Shown: positions 27,445-39,040 of the stretch, piece after piece
How the letters are laid out: each line of letters opens with the position of its first letter
Position numbering within the stretch: the first letter of the stretch is position 1
NCBI GenBank assembly: GCA_013265495.1
Contig: MU058718.1
Coordinates: forward strand, 620,001 to 684,000
Source: Vicugna vicugna
Taxonomy: Eukaryota
Direction of reading: 5' to 3'
Length of the DNA: 64,000 nt
The notes under the pieces: generated by a model
What the model was told of the DNA's origin: nothing
Databases searched by the model: none
Seen by the model: only the letters and a program-made list of their open reading frames with translations
Program-made: the position numbers and the translations under genes

Positions 27445-27750
27445 TTTTTAACTTTTTACCTTTCAATTTTGAAAAAATTACAGATCTACAAGAAGTTGCT
27501 AAAATACTACATGGAGAGGTCTCATGTACACATCCCCTGGCATCCTCTAGGGTGACATTTGACACAACTGTAGTGCGTCATCAAAACCAGGAAACTGACA
27601 TTATTAACACATGACAATTAACAAGACTACAGGCCTTACTCAGATCTCAGCAGTTACTGTACACACTCATTTTTTTGGTATGCATTTGTACATTTTATTC
27701 CCTGTATAAATTCATATTAACTGCCTCCACAATAAAGATCACAGTATGTT
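27445..27750 (-). mobile_element. Old L1 (L1MD/L1MC-like) 3' end
   Basis: ttttgaaaaaattacagatctacaagaagttgc ... tcaaaaccaggaaactgacatt ... agactacaggccttactcagat. Confidence 0.75.
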
Positions 27751-28369
27751 ATTAAAAGTCTGTTAGTATTGAGACTAAGTTGGTAAAATAAGTCACAAAG
27801 GAAGAGTCACTATAAATGTCACCGTGAGGATTACGGCTGACCGCTAAATAATCACTATTATTACCAAATACTTCGTGGATTCCCAAGGACACTTTCTTGT
27901 TTATTTTGGAAATTCATTAATTTCATGAACATCTGCCCAGTGAGCCCAGGAATCTATTAAGTCCTGACTGTTCAGCAAGCGTTCCTGGCAGGGCGGGCAG
28001 ACAGGCTTCAGCTCACATGCCATCTCTTGTTGAATTTTAGTGGCTGCCTCCAAGGGTGTGTTAAGGAGGACTTGGAGGCCACATCTGGGCTCAGCAGGAG
28101 ACAGCCATTACCTAAGAGATGCTCCACCACTGGAGAGTAGGGACTGAACCCATGCCAGGAATTTGCCATTGCCAACATTTTTGTGGCTTTTGGAGCCACA
28201 GGGTGTTCTAGGTGCTGGGAAAGAGGGATAAAGAAGACAAAACCCCTGTCCCCAAGGAATTCATAATCAGGAAGGAGAGGCGAACATGTCAATCAAAAAC
28301 TGGGGCACAGAATACTAAGTGTATGGGTCAATGCTAAGTGAGCACACTTGGGGCACAAGACTTAGATGG

Positions 28370-28540
28370 TCTGTGACATTGGTCACGTTAGCCTCTCTGT
28401 GCCTCGGTTTCCTAATCTGTCAAGTGGGGATAACAGCAATAGCCACATCATAGGGTTGTAAGAATTAAATGAGTTAATATCTATGTAAAGCATTTTGAGG
28501 AGTGCCCAGCGTGTAGTAAACACTATGCAGCTATCAGTGT
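28370..28540 (+). mobile_element. MIR SINE
   Basis: cctctctgtgcctcggtttcctaatctgtcaagtggggataac ... catagggttgtaagaattaaatgagttaata. Confidence 0.85.
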
Positions 28541-29599
28541 TAATTTACTTTTCATGATCTATGGCACCAAAAAATTTATAATGTATTGTTTGTAATCATC
28601 AGAAAAGTCAACGAAGATTAATAAAAGAAATATTAAGCTTCCAAGCTGTACCATGAGACTGTCGAAGTGGGCAGTTTGAATGGAGTATTTGGGGATAGTT
28701 TTTGTAACCCCAAATTTGAGTTTTGAGTTCTTGCCTCATACTAGGCTGGCAAAGGTTAGCATGTTTATAAATTCAAATGTAAAGAATGTTAAGAAAAATA
28801 AAGTACTGCAATGATTTGAAAAGAAACAAGTCCCTTCCATTTGTAACTGCAGCAAATAGTTTTCTTCCAGGTCAAAGTCCATCAGTGAAAGGCAGAAAAT
28901 GGTTAGAAAGTCAGTCTGGGGCAACGGAGGTGGCACTGACTTCCCCACAAGGGAATTCTGTGGGCTCTTAAAGAAAACTGAGACTTGTTCTTTTCCTGAA
29001 TGGTTTACTTTTCCTATAGCAGACTTGAGACAGAAATCAAACTGAGAGATGCTAAGCCAGGTTCTGTGCACGTTATCTTTGGAATTGCTTGTGATGGCCG
29101 AAACAAAACTAAGACTTGTGTACGGTTTATGACAGCCAATCCCTTCGTCCTTTCTGGTCTCCCTTTCCAGCTCATGATGAAGAATCTGCACATTCTTGCT
29201 CTCAGTCATCAGACCCCTGAGTAGCCTTAAAAGGATAGGTACTGAAAACACGTTCTTCCCTCTCATCTGAAACACCTTGATGCTATTCCAAATGTTGCTT
29301 AATAGACATCTCAACTTCCCCAAACCATTCTTCTCTTATCTCATGGAAGAAAAGGCCCCATGCAAATATCCTATGAGATCTCACTTGATTTAACTTCTGT
29401 AATCAATAAAAGGTCCTCTTGCCTCTGTCTAAATGGATGAAAACAGGTTAATTCTTGTTAAGTTAAGGACATTGTTTTTGCCCCCTACTCTTAACCTCAT
29501 CTTAATCCCTTCCTGCAAAAATCTGCTTGGGTTCCATCATCTATTTTTAATGCCTCCTACACATCATTTTCTCCATTGCAATGTTCCAGCACCTTCTCA

Positions 29600-30740
29600 A
29601 AGTCAATATACATCCAAAATCAAACTTGTAGCTAGCTTCTCTCCCTATTGTGTCTCCTATCTTTTTGGAATCAACTAACTCAACTTTCTTCACCCCTTAA
29701 CTGCCTGCCATGTGTGAAGCGCTTCCCGTTGATCTGTAAGATCCCTCCTCCACAGACCCAACAGTCAATTCCTGGTCCTCATCTTATTGGACCCATTAGT
29801 AGCATTTTACTCAGTTCACTTTTTGCTCCTTGAAACCTTTTCTTCATTTGCCTTGCATCACACACACACACCACCCTCTTGAGTCTTCTCCGACTTTAAT
29901 GGTTTCTCCTTGGCTCGCTGCCCCTCCTCTTTTTCCCAGCCTTCATGTTGAAGTGCCCAGGCCCAGTCCTTGGTTCTCTGGCTACATCTCTACCATGGTA
30001 ATCTCACCTCATAGTATCATTGTTTTAAATACCATTCATGTGCTAATAACTCCCAAATATCTATCTCAAGTCAGCCTTCTCTCCCAAACCGCATGCTCAT
30101 ATACCTAAATTGCTTACGAGACATCTCTGAATGTCTAACAGACATGAAAACTCACCATTGATGACAATGAACTCCCAATCTTACCCCAAAACATATTCAA
30201 TAAACAGAGACTTCCCCATCTCAACTGATGGCGGTGCCACACTTTCAGTTGTATAAGCAAAAATCCCTGCAGTCAATCTTGGATTCTTCTCCTCACACCT
30301 CCAATTTATTCTTTCAGGAAATCCTGTTGGCTGTACTTTCAAAATATATCTAGACTCTGATCACTTCTCCACCGTCTACTTCAGCCATCCTGGTCCAAGT
30401 CATTAATGTCTTGCCTGGGTTACTGCAATAGTCTCTTAACTGGTTTAAATGTTTTTGCCCTTGCCCCAGTACAATCTATTCTTAACATAGCAGCCAAAAG
30501 AATCCCTTTAAAATGTGACTCAGAGCACATCACTCATTTGCCAAAAATCCTCCAATGGCTTCCTGGTTTGCTGAAAGCAAAAGTCAAAGTCCTTGCAATG
30601 GCCTACAATGCCTGTAGGGTCTCTCCCTCCCCATCACCTCTGCAGCCTCTAGCACCGCTGCCTGCCTCACTCACTCCCTCTCAGCCAACAACCTTCTTTG
30701 CTTTTTCCCAAACAAGATGGTACTCTTCTATCTCGGAATC
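29600..30740 (+). mobile_element. L2a-like LINE fragment (~1.1 kb)
   Basis: tcctcatcttattggacccattagtagcatttt, gaatgtctaacagacatgaaaactca, gcctgggttactgcaatagtctcttaactggt, aaaatcctccaatggcttcc, caaagtccttgcaatggcctacaa. ORF 30406 SCLGYCNSLLTGL is an L2 ORF2 remnant. Confidence 0.85.
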
Positions 30741-30954
30741 TGAAGACTTAAGTTCAAACCATTTTCTATTGCAGTGAAGTGGCCAAAAGTCACAGCATAT
30801 TCAAGTGCCCCTAGAACACTCTGCATGGCCCAGGCTCAGGAAAGATGCTTTCATCAGGAGACCATCGGAAGATGAAATGAGGGCTCAGGGTCTGGGGGTC
30901 AGTGCCAGCACCTTGCTCCTCCCCGGCTGGCCCAGTCTGTCTCACTCACGCAGC

Positions 30955-31190
30955 AGACACATACTCAGTGCTTACTAGCACCGGTCCTGGCCAGGGCTGG
31001 GCATCTCTATACAGAACTCGCTTCCCCTCACCACAAGCCTGGCAGGTAGATCTCACAAGTGTTCCCATTTTACAAGTGAGGACCTTGCTCAGAAAAGTTA
31101 CCTGGCCAAGTTGTAGTTAGCTAATTACAAGTCTGAGATTTGGAGCCAGGAGGCAGTGACACCAAAGTCCTTGTTCTGTCCATTTCATCA
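30955..31190 (-). mobile_element. MIR SINE
   Basis: cctcaccacaagcctggcaggtaga...cccattttacaagtgaggaccttgctcagaaaagttacctggccaag...gagatttggagccagg. Confidence 0.7.
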
Positions 31191-32790
31191 AGCTCCCTCC
31201 CAGGTGCTCAGGGGATGTTTGACAGAAGCACCAGTGAATGAATGACCTAAAGGACTGCAGTTCTGATACACACAGTTTAACCACTATCGATACTGTGGAG
31301 GGGTAAAGCAATGACGTTAAAATTTGTTAAAAAGAGGTTAGTGAAATACAAGTGTTGATATGACCTAAGTGTTCGAAACTTTCTAGAGGAGACAGCTGAG
31401 CTCTCATCTTCTTTACTGATGTTCTAAAAAAGGGCGCCAACCTCTTTCTTCTTCTCGAGATATATAATCTAGTTACCGTGTTAAATCTCCTAGTCATTTT
31501 CAGGTCACGTACTTCCCTGGGACTCAAAGGCCTAGGAGGCCACGACAATCATCTCATCATCCTCCCCTCTGGTGGGCTAGGCAGCCATAGTGAAATGCAG
31601 AAGTGCTCGTTGGCTACACTCTGACAACCATCTTAAATGTACTCATCTTAGCAAGACCTGACCAAATGTATAAATCAGTAGAGCTGGAAATGTGATGACC
31701 CAAGACTAATTGGAAGACAAATGACATAAACCTCAACCCCTTAAAATACAGAAAACCAAGCTCTGAGAGGGCAGGGAGCTAGGCGCTCGCAGCAATCCCA
31801 GCTATCAAAGAGTTTTCTAACAGTTGCTAGATTCTGTCACTGACCCAGGAAACTCGGGCCAAGGAGTTCTGCCACCCCAGCGTGCGTGTGTCTGCTTTAA
31901 TGGTTCAAGCCATCACTCTCCATCACATAGAGGTTTGTGAAACCGCTCCCTGGATTACCAGTCTGTGAAAAAACACTGACTGTCACCAGAACCTCTTACA
32001 CAATAAATGAATGCATGATAATCACCTAATTCCCAAATGTGCAAGGTATCAATATCTGAACGTAAAAATAGAAAAAAGAATTAAGAGTCTCTTGTGGCAT
32101 TATCAATGCAGGACCTTACGTATTTCTTTGATTACTTCACTAAAGTTCTGTTTCAACTAATGTAGTTAAAATTCAACACCCTCACATATATGAGAAAGCC
32201 ATTTAAAAAGGCCCATTAGCCAAAAGATCCACGAGATGGGGAGAGGCCAAGAAGCTGTCACTGCGGATTCTTCATTCTCCCATGCCTTTTAACTGGGGGG
32301 GTTCCTGCATGTTGACAGGCACATAAGGTCTAACCGTAAAAGCTTTTCCCCGAGAAAGGCATCTCGGTGCTGACGCTGTATTCAGGGACACATGCAAACC
32401 AGCATCTAGGAGTTCTGTTTAATGGCGGCCACTCTCCCACGTTGTCACTTTACAGAAGCACCAGTGGCACGTTTGACACTTTGCTCAGCCTAAGTCAGGA
32501 GCCACAGAGAGGACCCCTGGCCCTAGTCCCAGCTGTGGGCATTTTGCTTTAATGGTCCGAAGAGCAAGAGGCTGTCCTCGGCAATCCCCTCCCGCAAAGC
32601 CGTTCCTGCCCCATCTCTCCTAAGGGGTTAGGCTGAGCGAGAGAAGGCCACAGCATTCACATCAGGCCACAGCACAGAGCAGCATTCTCAGTTAGCAAAC
32701 CTGCTCCCCGCAGTCAGGAGGAAAAGTGACCCTGACAACTGGGGATTAAAACGAGGAGATGCAAGGAAGGGAACATTCCAGGGTGAAATT

Positions 32791-32875
32791 AAAAAAAAAA
32801 AGAGAGAGAGAGAGAGAGAAAGAAAGAAAGAAAAAGGGGGAAAAAAGAAGTGGAAAGAAAAAACAGAACAGAAAA
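32791..32875. repeat. A11-(GA)9-(GAAA)n compound purine tract
   Basis: Read directly. Confidence 0.9.
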
Positions 32876-33310
32876 TGCACAAAGCCCATGAGGCTGTCTG
32901 GTTAACCATGGGTTAGAATTAGGTTTAGAGAATCACACGGCAACTCAGTGTCTAGGCAAATCCAAAAACCCCAGGTGAAAGACAGTGAGTGAAAGGCATT
33001 TCTATTTGTGGAAAGAGGAAGTTTTCTTCTTTCACCACTTAATCTCTCTAATTTTCGTCTTCTTTTTTTTGTCTATTTGAACCCGAGTTTGGACCATCAT
33101 TTGTTTTTACCAGCCCAGCATCTTTTCCATCTTTCCAGAGTCAAAAGAACAACAAAGATGGGGTCCAGAAAGCCCTTTCCCACAAACAATTCCAATCAGC
33201 CCTCCTCTCCCAGGGTTACGGGGTGCTTGGAGCAGACATTCCCAGTGGGACATGCCACACACAGCAAGCTGCCAAACCAGACTGCGCTAAAGGGCTTCGG
33301 GGGGACTTAC

Positions 33311-33829
33311 TTGTACTTGTGCTGGTTCCAATCGTATTGATCGTGGTGGGCACGGATGAAGAGGAGTAGAGGGGCACATGGCCATTCTCACACCCCAGGC
33401 TTTTGTCCTGCCAGTTGGAGGCGCTGATGCAAATCCCAGAATCCCGAGAGTTCTGCCACCCATTGAGCTTGTCGTCGGAGTTCTGTCTTTGGTGATAGTA
33501 GTGTGTCTGCCCATAATCCACAGAGTCCGAGCGGCCTCGGCTCTGGCCGCCAAAGCTGGTTGATGTGCGGTCCTCCAAGTGGTTCAGCCACATGGCCAAA
33601 GCACTGCGGTCTTCCAGTGAAGTGGCCGGATGTATCAAAGCATAGGACAGCAGCTGCCTGCTCTCCTCGATGTGCTGGTTGTGTTCAATGGAGTGCGCCA
33701 GGATTTTGGGCAGCAGTTTCATATACTCTACTTTTGCGTCAAGGTTTCCTGGCTTCAGCAAAGGCAGGTGAGTTAACAGGAGGGAAATAACTTTATCCTT
33801 GGATTCCTGTTGCCATTGGTTAATGATTC
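33311..33829 (-). CDS. SAMD4A: SAMD4A/Smaug1 internal coding exon (exon 3 equivalent), 519 nt, 173 codons, phase 1-1
   Basis: Translation (G)[85 protein letters not shown]...TIGTSTST is the Smaug-conserved N-terminal region of SAMD4A. Acceptor ttccttttcag|GA (AG at 33831-33830); donor CAA|gtaagt (GT at 33310-33309). Confidence 0.97.
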
Positions 33830-34517
33830 CTGAAAAGGAAAATAGACAGGGCAAATAAGCATTTATACTGGCTCCAAGCACCACACTGGAAAGAGAATTC
33901 CTGGGGATTAGAGTCGCAATCTGGGTACCCTGGCTAAATTTTCTCAAAATAGCATCTGCATCAAGTTGGATAACTGACCTCAAGTTGTCAGGGGGAAGTG
34001 ATTTCAGTGAAACTTATAGAACAGACACTCCCAGATGTCTGGGTCCTCAGTCTAATTCTCATGCAAGTCTCCAAAGAGGTGATGACTACTTTAGTACAAA
34101 CAAATACAATTTACAGCCATTTTCTTTCTTAGGAAAGTCTAGGTATTCCCTAGAGACGGAGGAATAAGGAATCAGAAAATCTCCATGGAAAAGTGAGTGT
34201 GATCAAGAGTCCATGCAGTGGAGTCCTCGAAGGTAAGACTACTTTGCTTCCCTAGACATCTTTGGAAAAATGGTTAAAGCCCTGGCAAAGGTATTTATGT
34301 GAAGTTGGTAAAACTTCCTAGATGGAGAAATCTGTCTGGAAAGAAAGGATGGCCCTCATCTCAGTGAAGTAAGCCTGCACTTTCCTCATGAAAAGCTGAC
34401 TCAGAAAATGACTGTGACCTCAAAGCTAGAACAAACAATGGACCTAAGACTTGGCTCCAGCGACACCTCGGATCACACATGCTAAGCAAGCTATTTTTAT
34501 GTATAGAAGATCTGTTT

Positions 34518-34852
34518 GGTTATTTTTATTATGGTAAAATATACATAATGTAATATGTATCATTTTAATCATATTTCAGTGTGTGGTTCTGTGGCATTAA
34601 ATACAGTCACATTGTTGTGCACCATCACCACCATTTATCTCCAGATCTTCTTCACCTTCTCAAACTGAAACTCTGTACCCATGAAACACTAACTCCCCAT
34701 TCTCCCCTCCCCCAGCCTCTGGTGACCATCATTCTACTTCTGTCTCTAGACATTTGACTACTGTAGTTACTTCATGTAAGTGGAATCATACAGTCTTGTC
34801 TTTTGTGATTGGCTTATTTCACTTAGCATAATGTCTTCAAGATTCATCCATG
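34518..34852 (-). mobile_element. L1MB-like LINE 3' end with 13-bp target-site duplication
   Basis: cattgttgtgcaccatcaccacc, aaactgaaactctgtaccc, gtggaatcatacag, ggcttatttcacttagcataatgtcttcaagattcatccatg. Flanks agaagatctgttt (34505-34517) and agaagatttgttt (34853-34865). Confidence 0.85.
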
Positions 34853-35314
34853 AGAAGATTTGTTTTTAACACCCTCACAAAGATCCCTTCCTATTCGCCA
34901 CTCCTCAAAACACAAACTTGTTGCCCTTGGGTGAATGTAGACTAACAACACACTTTGCCTTAATTGGCCTTTGAGAAGTAGCTTGTTCTGGGGACTTATC
35001 TATGGGACTTGGGACAACAGGAAAGAGCACTCCCTGCCAGAAAAGTCATTCCTGACACCAGTAGACCTCAAGCCTGGCCCACTGATGACTGTGTAAGGGC
35101 TAGGGGAGGGCATCCTTCTGGCTTTCACAAAGTATCTGCAGGGTTGAAAAGGCAATACTGGAATTTAGCAGAAGGGCTGCATAATTCTAGTGAGGCACAG
35201 ACCTATCAGAACAAGCTCAAGTCACTGCTGACCATAAGCTACAAATGCATCACTCATGTACAATAAGGCCTCTCAAGACAAAGGCGTGTATTTGAAGAAA
35301 AGTATCAGGTGGAG

Positions 35315-35535
35315 AGGGTACAGTACGTAGTGAAAGAATGTGGGCTTCAGAGTCAGGCACACCTGGGCACTAATTCCAGCTCTGCCACCTAATTGACAGT
35401 GGAACCCTGGTAAGCGACTCAACCTCTCAACTCCTTCATCAGTCATGAGTGTTACCAACAGCACCTGCCCCTCCTTGAGGTATAGGATTAAATGAGGTAA
35501 TGTATTAAGAGGACCAGTCAGGTACTTGATGGTGA
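35315..35535 (+). mobile_element. MIR SINE
   Basis: gtagtgaaagaatgtgggcttcagagtcaggcacacctggg...aattccagctctgccac...aggattaaatgaggtaatgtat. Confidence 0.8.
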
Positions 35536-36176
35536 ACACGATTTCTTCTATTTGTCTCTGCATTAGTCAGGCCCATATTACAGCCATGTTGGGTGGTTTT
35601 GGATACCAAGTTTTAAAAGTAATAGAGACCAGACATGACCCAGGGAAGGTCATTAAAAATTACCAGAGTTGAAAAGAGGCAGAAAATCAGAAGGTGAAAA
35701 ATAATGGGGCTACTGAACTTACAACTGAATGATATGAAGAGATAGTTGACTTTTCTTAAGTAGGGATTTCATAAGGAGATGGACAGTCAATTATGCAAAG
35801 TAGAAGTCTTCAAACTGAAGCACGAGAGAATAAGATTGGCTGTGGAGAAGAACCAAAGTGCCAGAATGATAAAGGATTCAGGGGGGTCACCAAGAAAGGC
35901 TCTACAACCTCTGTTCTGGGAGTCTGAAGAATAGAGATAAATGGTCCAGAGATGCACTGTCAGATAGAAATGTAATGTAAGCCACATATGGAATTTAGAA
36001 TTTTCTATTATAAAAATAAAAGTTAAAAGGGGGTAAATTTAATTTTAATGATCTTCTAAATTTAATCCAATATATCAAAATATTATTTTAACTTGTAATC
36101 AATATAAAATTATTGGTGAAACATTTTACATTCTTTTCTTTGTAAAAGAAAAGTCTTCAAAATCTAGGGTGTACTT

Positions 36177-37865
36177 CATACTGTCCAACGCAAGGTACAG
36201 ATTCAATACAACCCCTATCAAAGTACCAATGGCATTTTTCACAGAACTAGAACAAATAGTTAAAAATTTTGTATGGAGAGAAGTGGGTACAGATCAGTGG
36301 TGGAGCACACACTTAGCATGCAGGAGGTCCTGGGTTCAATCCCCAGTATCTCCATTAAAATTTTTTTTGTATGGAAACACAAAAGACCCTGAATAGCCAA
36401 AACAATCTTGGGAAAGAATGGAGCTGGAGGAATCATGCTCCCTGACCTCAGACTACACTACAAAGCTACAGTCACAAAAACAGATGTATAGCTCAATGGA
36501 ACAGAGTAGAGAGCCCAGAAATAAACCTATGCACTTAAGTCAATTAATCTACGACAAAAGAGGCAAGAATATACACACTGGAGAAGAGAGTCTCTTCAAT
36601 AAGTGGTGCTGGGAAAACTGGACAGCTACATGTAAAAGACTGAAATTAGAACACTCTCTAACACCATATACAAAAATAAACTCAAAATGGACTAATGACC
36701 TAAATGTAAGGCCAGAAACCATAAAACTCCTAAAAGAAAACATAGGCAGAATACTCTTTGAATAAATCACAGCAATATTTTTTTGGATCTGTCTCCTAAA
36801 GCAAAGGAAATAAAAGCAAAAATAAACAAATGGGACCTAATTAAACTTAAAAGCCTTTGCACAGCAAAGGAAACCATTGACAAAATGAAAAGACAATTTA
36901 CTGACTAGGAGAAAATATTTGCAAGTGATATTACTTATAAGGGATCAATTTATAACATATATAAACAGCTCATATAATCAACATAAAAAACAAACAACTG
37001 GACTGAAAAATGAATAGACATTTTTCCAAAGAGGAAATGCATATGGCCAACAGGCACATGAAAAGATGCTCCACATGCAAATCAAAACCACAATGAGATA
37101 TTACCTCACACCTGTCAGAAGGGCTACCATCAAAAGGAACACAAATAGAAAATTCTGGCAAGGATGTAGAGAAAAGGGAACCCTCATATACTGTTGGTGG
37201 GAATGTAAATTGGTGCAGCCACTGTGGAAAACAATATGGAGGTTTCTAAAAAAATTGAAAATGGAAATTCCATATGACCCAGCAATTCCACTCTTGGGTA
37301 TATATCCAAAGCCCCCCACTAATTTGTAAAGATACATGCACCCTGATGTTCACAGCACATTATTTACAATTTCCAAGGTATGGAAGCAACCTAAGTGTCC
37401 ATCAACAGATGAATACACACACACATAACTACTACTCAGCCATAAAAAAGAATGAAAGTTTGCCATTTGCAACAACATGGATGGACTTGGAGGGTATTAT
37501 GCTAAGTGAAATAAGTCAGACAGAGAAAGACAAATACTGTATGATATATCACTTATATATCGAATCTAAAAAATACAACAAACAATTGAATATAACAAAA
37601 AAGAAGCAGACTCAGATATGGAGAACAAACTAGTGGTTACCAGTGGGGAAAGGAAAGGGCAGAGGGACAATACAGCGGTAGGAGATTAAGAGGTACAAAT
37701 TACTATGCATAAAATAATCTCAAAAGATATATGGTACAACACAGGGAACATAGCCAATATTTCATACCTATAAATGGAGTATAACCTTTAAAAATTGTGA
37801 ATCACTATATTGTATACTTGCAACTTACACAATACTATACATTAACTATACTTCAATAAAAAAAA
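36177..37865 (+). mobile_element. 5'-truncated L1 LINE (degenerate ORF2 C-terminus, 3' UTR, polyA), antisense to SAMD4A
   Basis: ORF2 fragments [81 protein letters not shown] across several frames; ends cttcaataaaaaaaa; TSD core agggtgtactt at 36166-36176 and 37879-37889. Confidence 0.95.
36278..36360 (+). mobile_element. Short tRNA-derived SINE (camelid Vic-1-like) inserted in L1 ORF2
   Basis: gggtacagatcagtggtggagcacacacttagcatgcaggaggtcctgggttcaatccccagtatctcc with B box GGTTCAATCCC; flanked by duplicated ttttgtatgga. Confidence 0.85.
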
Positions 37866-38834
37866 TTTTTTTAAACCCAGGGTGTACTTTACCATTGACA
37901 GCACAGCTTGAACTAGCCACAGCTGAAATGCTCACAAGCTCTATGTGGCTGGTGGCTACTGAACCGTCTAACACAGGGCTACAGACATTCAGATGGGGAA
38001 GGCGGGTGGGAGGGCACAGATGACCTCAGCAGGTCCCTCCAAGCTCCCTGACTCTATATTTAGCTAATTGCCACCTGACACAAGACAACCCTTGTGCATT
38101 CCACTAGGAATACAGCCTTTCTTTTAAAGTGGCCCAGGAGAGGAAGAAAGCACCAATTCTAACTTCCTCATCAGTACATTTTCCGCAAACACCCAGCATG
38201 TTTTAATTCATAAGTATGCTCAGAATGAAGATGAAATCTATTCATGAAGCCCGAGGAACTAAAGAGGCGCTGGCAAGAACCTAAAGGGCCTGAGAGGAAG
38301 GCGAATCTATGTCTGACGCCAGCACGGATCCCATGGAACCAGTGTATATCCCGGAAAACATACACTTAAAAATAAAATTTGGGGACAACCTTTTATACAA
38401 ATCCACAAGGCTGAGGAGCTCCCTCGCTTTTTACGAGGTTCCTTTCCTGTTCCTACCCTTTCTGCAAAAGGTCAGCCTAAAAGAAAAAAAAAATCAGGGA
38501 CAAGAACAAAACGTAAATAGGACTCAGAGTGCAAACTAAACAAGTTCTATCTCCACGGAAGCACTCTCCACCAGGGATTGACCTGGGACCTGGGGGAGGA
38601 GCCAGCAAAGCCAAGAGGAAAGGAAAACCAGAGGCTGCTGGCCCCGGTCCCTTCCAGGCCTGAGATGGTCCTTTCTCTGTCCCCGGGACAGGGCTTGGAG
38701 GGTGTGCGGCTGTGGTGTGGCCAGGAAGACAGCTATGACTTTTGTTTACTGCCTGTGGGGTCATGCAAATAAGATGGCCTTCTGTGGGCTAACTAGACCT
38801 ACTGGATCAAACTATTTCTGCTCCTGCTCCGGCT

Positions 38835-39040
38835 GCCATGCTGACAGTTAACGGCACTGAGTGTTTCTATATGCCGGGCACTCTTCTAAGCTCTGTGCCT
38901 GTAATTCTTCATTTAATCCTCACATGAAGCTTATGCGGTAGGTCCTCTTCCAAGCCTGACTTTATGGATGAGGACACAGAGGCACAAAGAGGTCAAGTAA
39001 CTTGCCCCAGGTCCCCCTGGCTGGTGAGGTGGCGGAATAG
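38835..39040 (-). mobile_element. MIR SINE
   Basis: catttaatcctcac...ttatggatgaggacacagaggcacaaagaggtcaagtaacttgccccaggtc. Confidence 0.85.

Larger units (their letters stand above)
3435..33310 (-). other. SAMD4A: GT-AG intron between the two SAMD4A exons (29,876 nt)
   Basis: Begins gtaagt, ends ttttttccag on the minus strand; splicing restores TSTST-ILSGQ. Confidence 0.92.
35953..37977 (+). mobile_element. MER33-like hAT-Charlie element split by an L1 (halves ~35953-36176 and ~37873-37977)
   Basis: cactgtcagatagaaatgtaatgtaagccacatatg ... aagtcttcaaaatctagggtgtactt | L1 | agggtgtactttacc...aactagccac...atgtggctggtggctact. Confidence 0.8.

Noticed and set aside
28736..29323. 195-aa minus-strand ORF (also the 161-aa ORF at 26809 and 151-aa ORF at 55568)
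   Set aside because: No recognisable family, non-ATG starts, intron-like composition; such lengths are expected by chance in 64 kb.
33395..33720. CUGGC/CNGG motifs in exon 3 as Smaug recognition elements (autoregulation)
   Set aside because: The copies I inspected lack a closing stem directly around the CNGG(N) loop; a folding scan would be needed to exclude others.
33830..33983. N-terminal extension ([10 protein letters not shown]...) of the 255-aa ORF 33216-33983, and its C-terminal tail 33216-33310
   Set aside because: Both lie outside clear splice sites; this is intronic read-through with no Smaug similarity.
36169..37633. Cluster of protein-like ORFs
   Set aside because: Frameshifted L1 ORF2 remnants and their antisense frames; not a gene.
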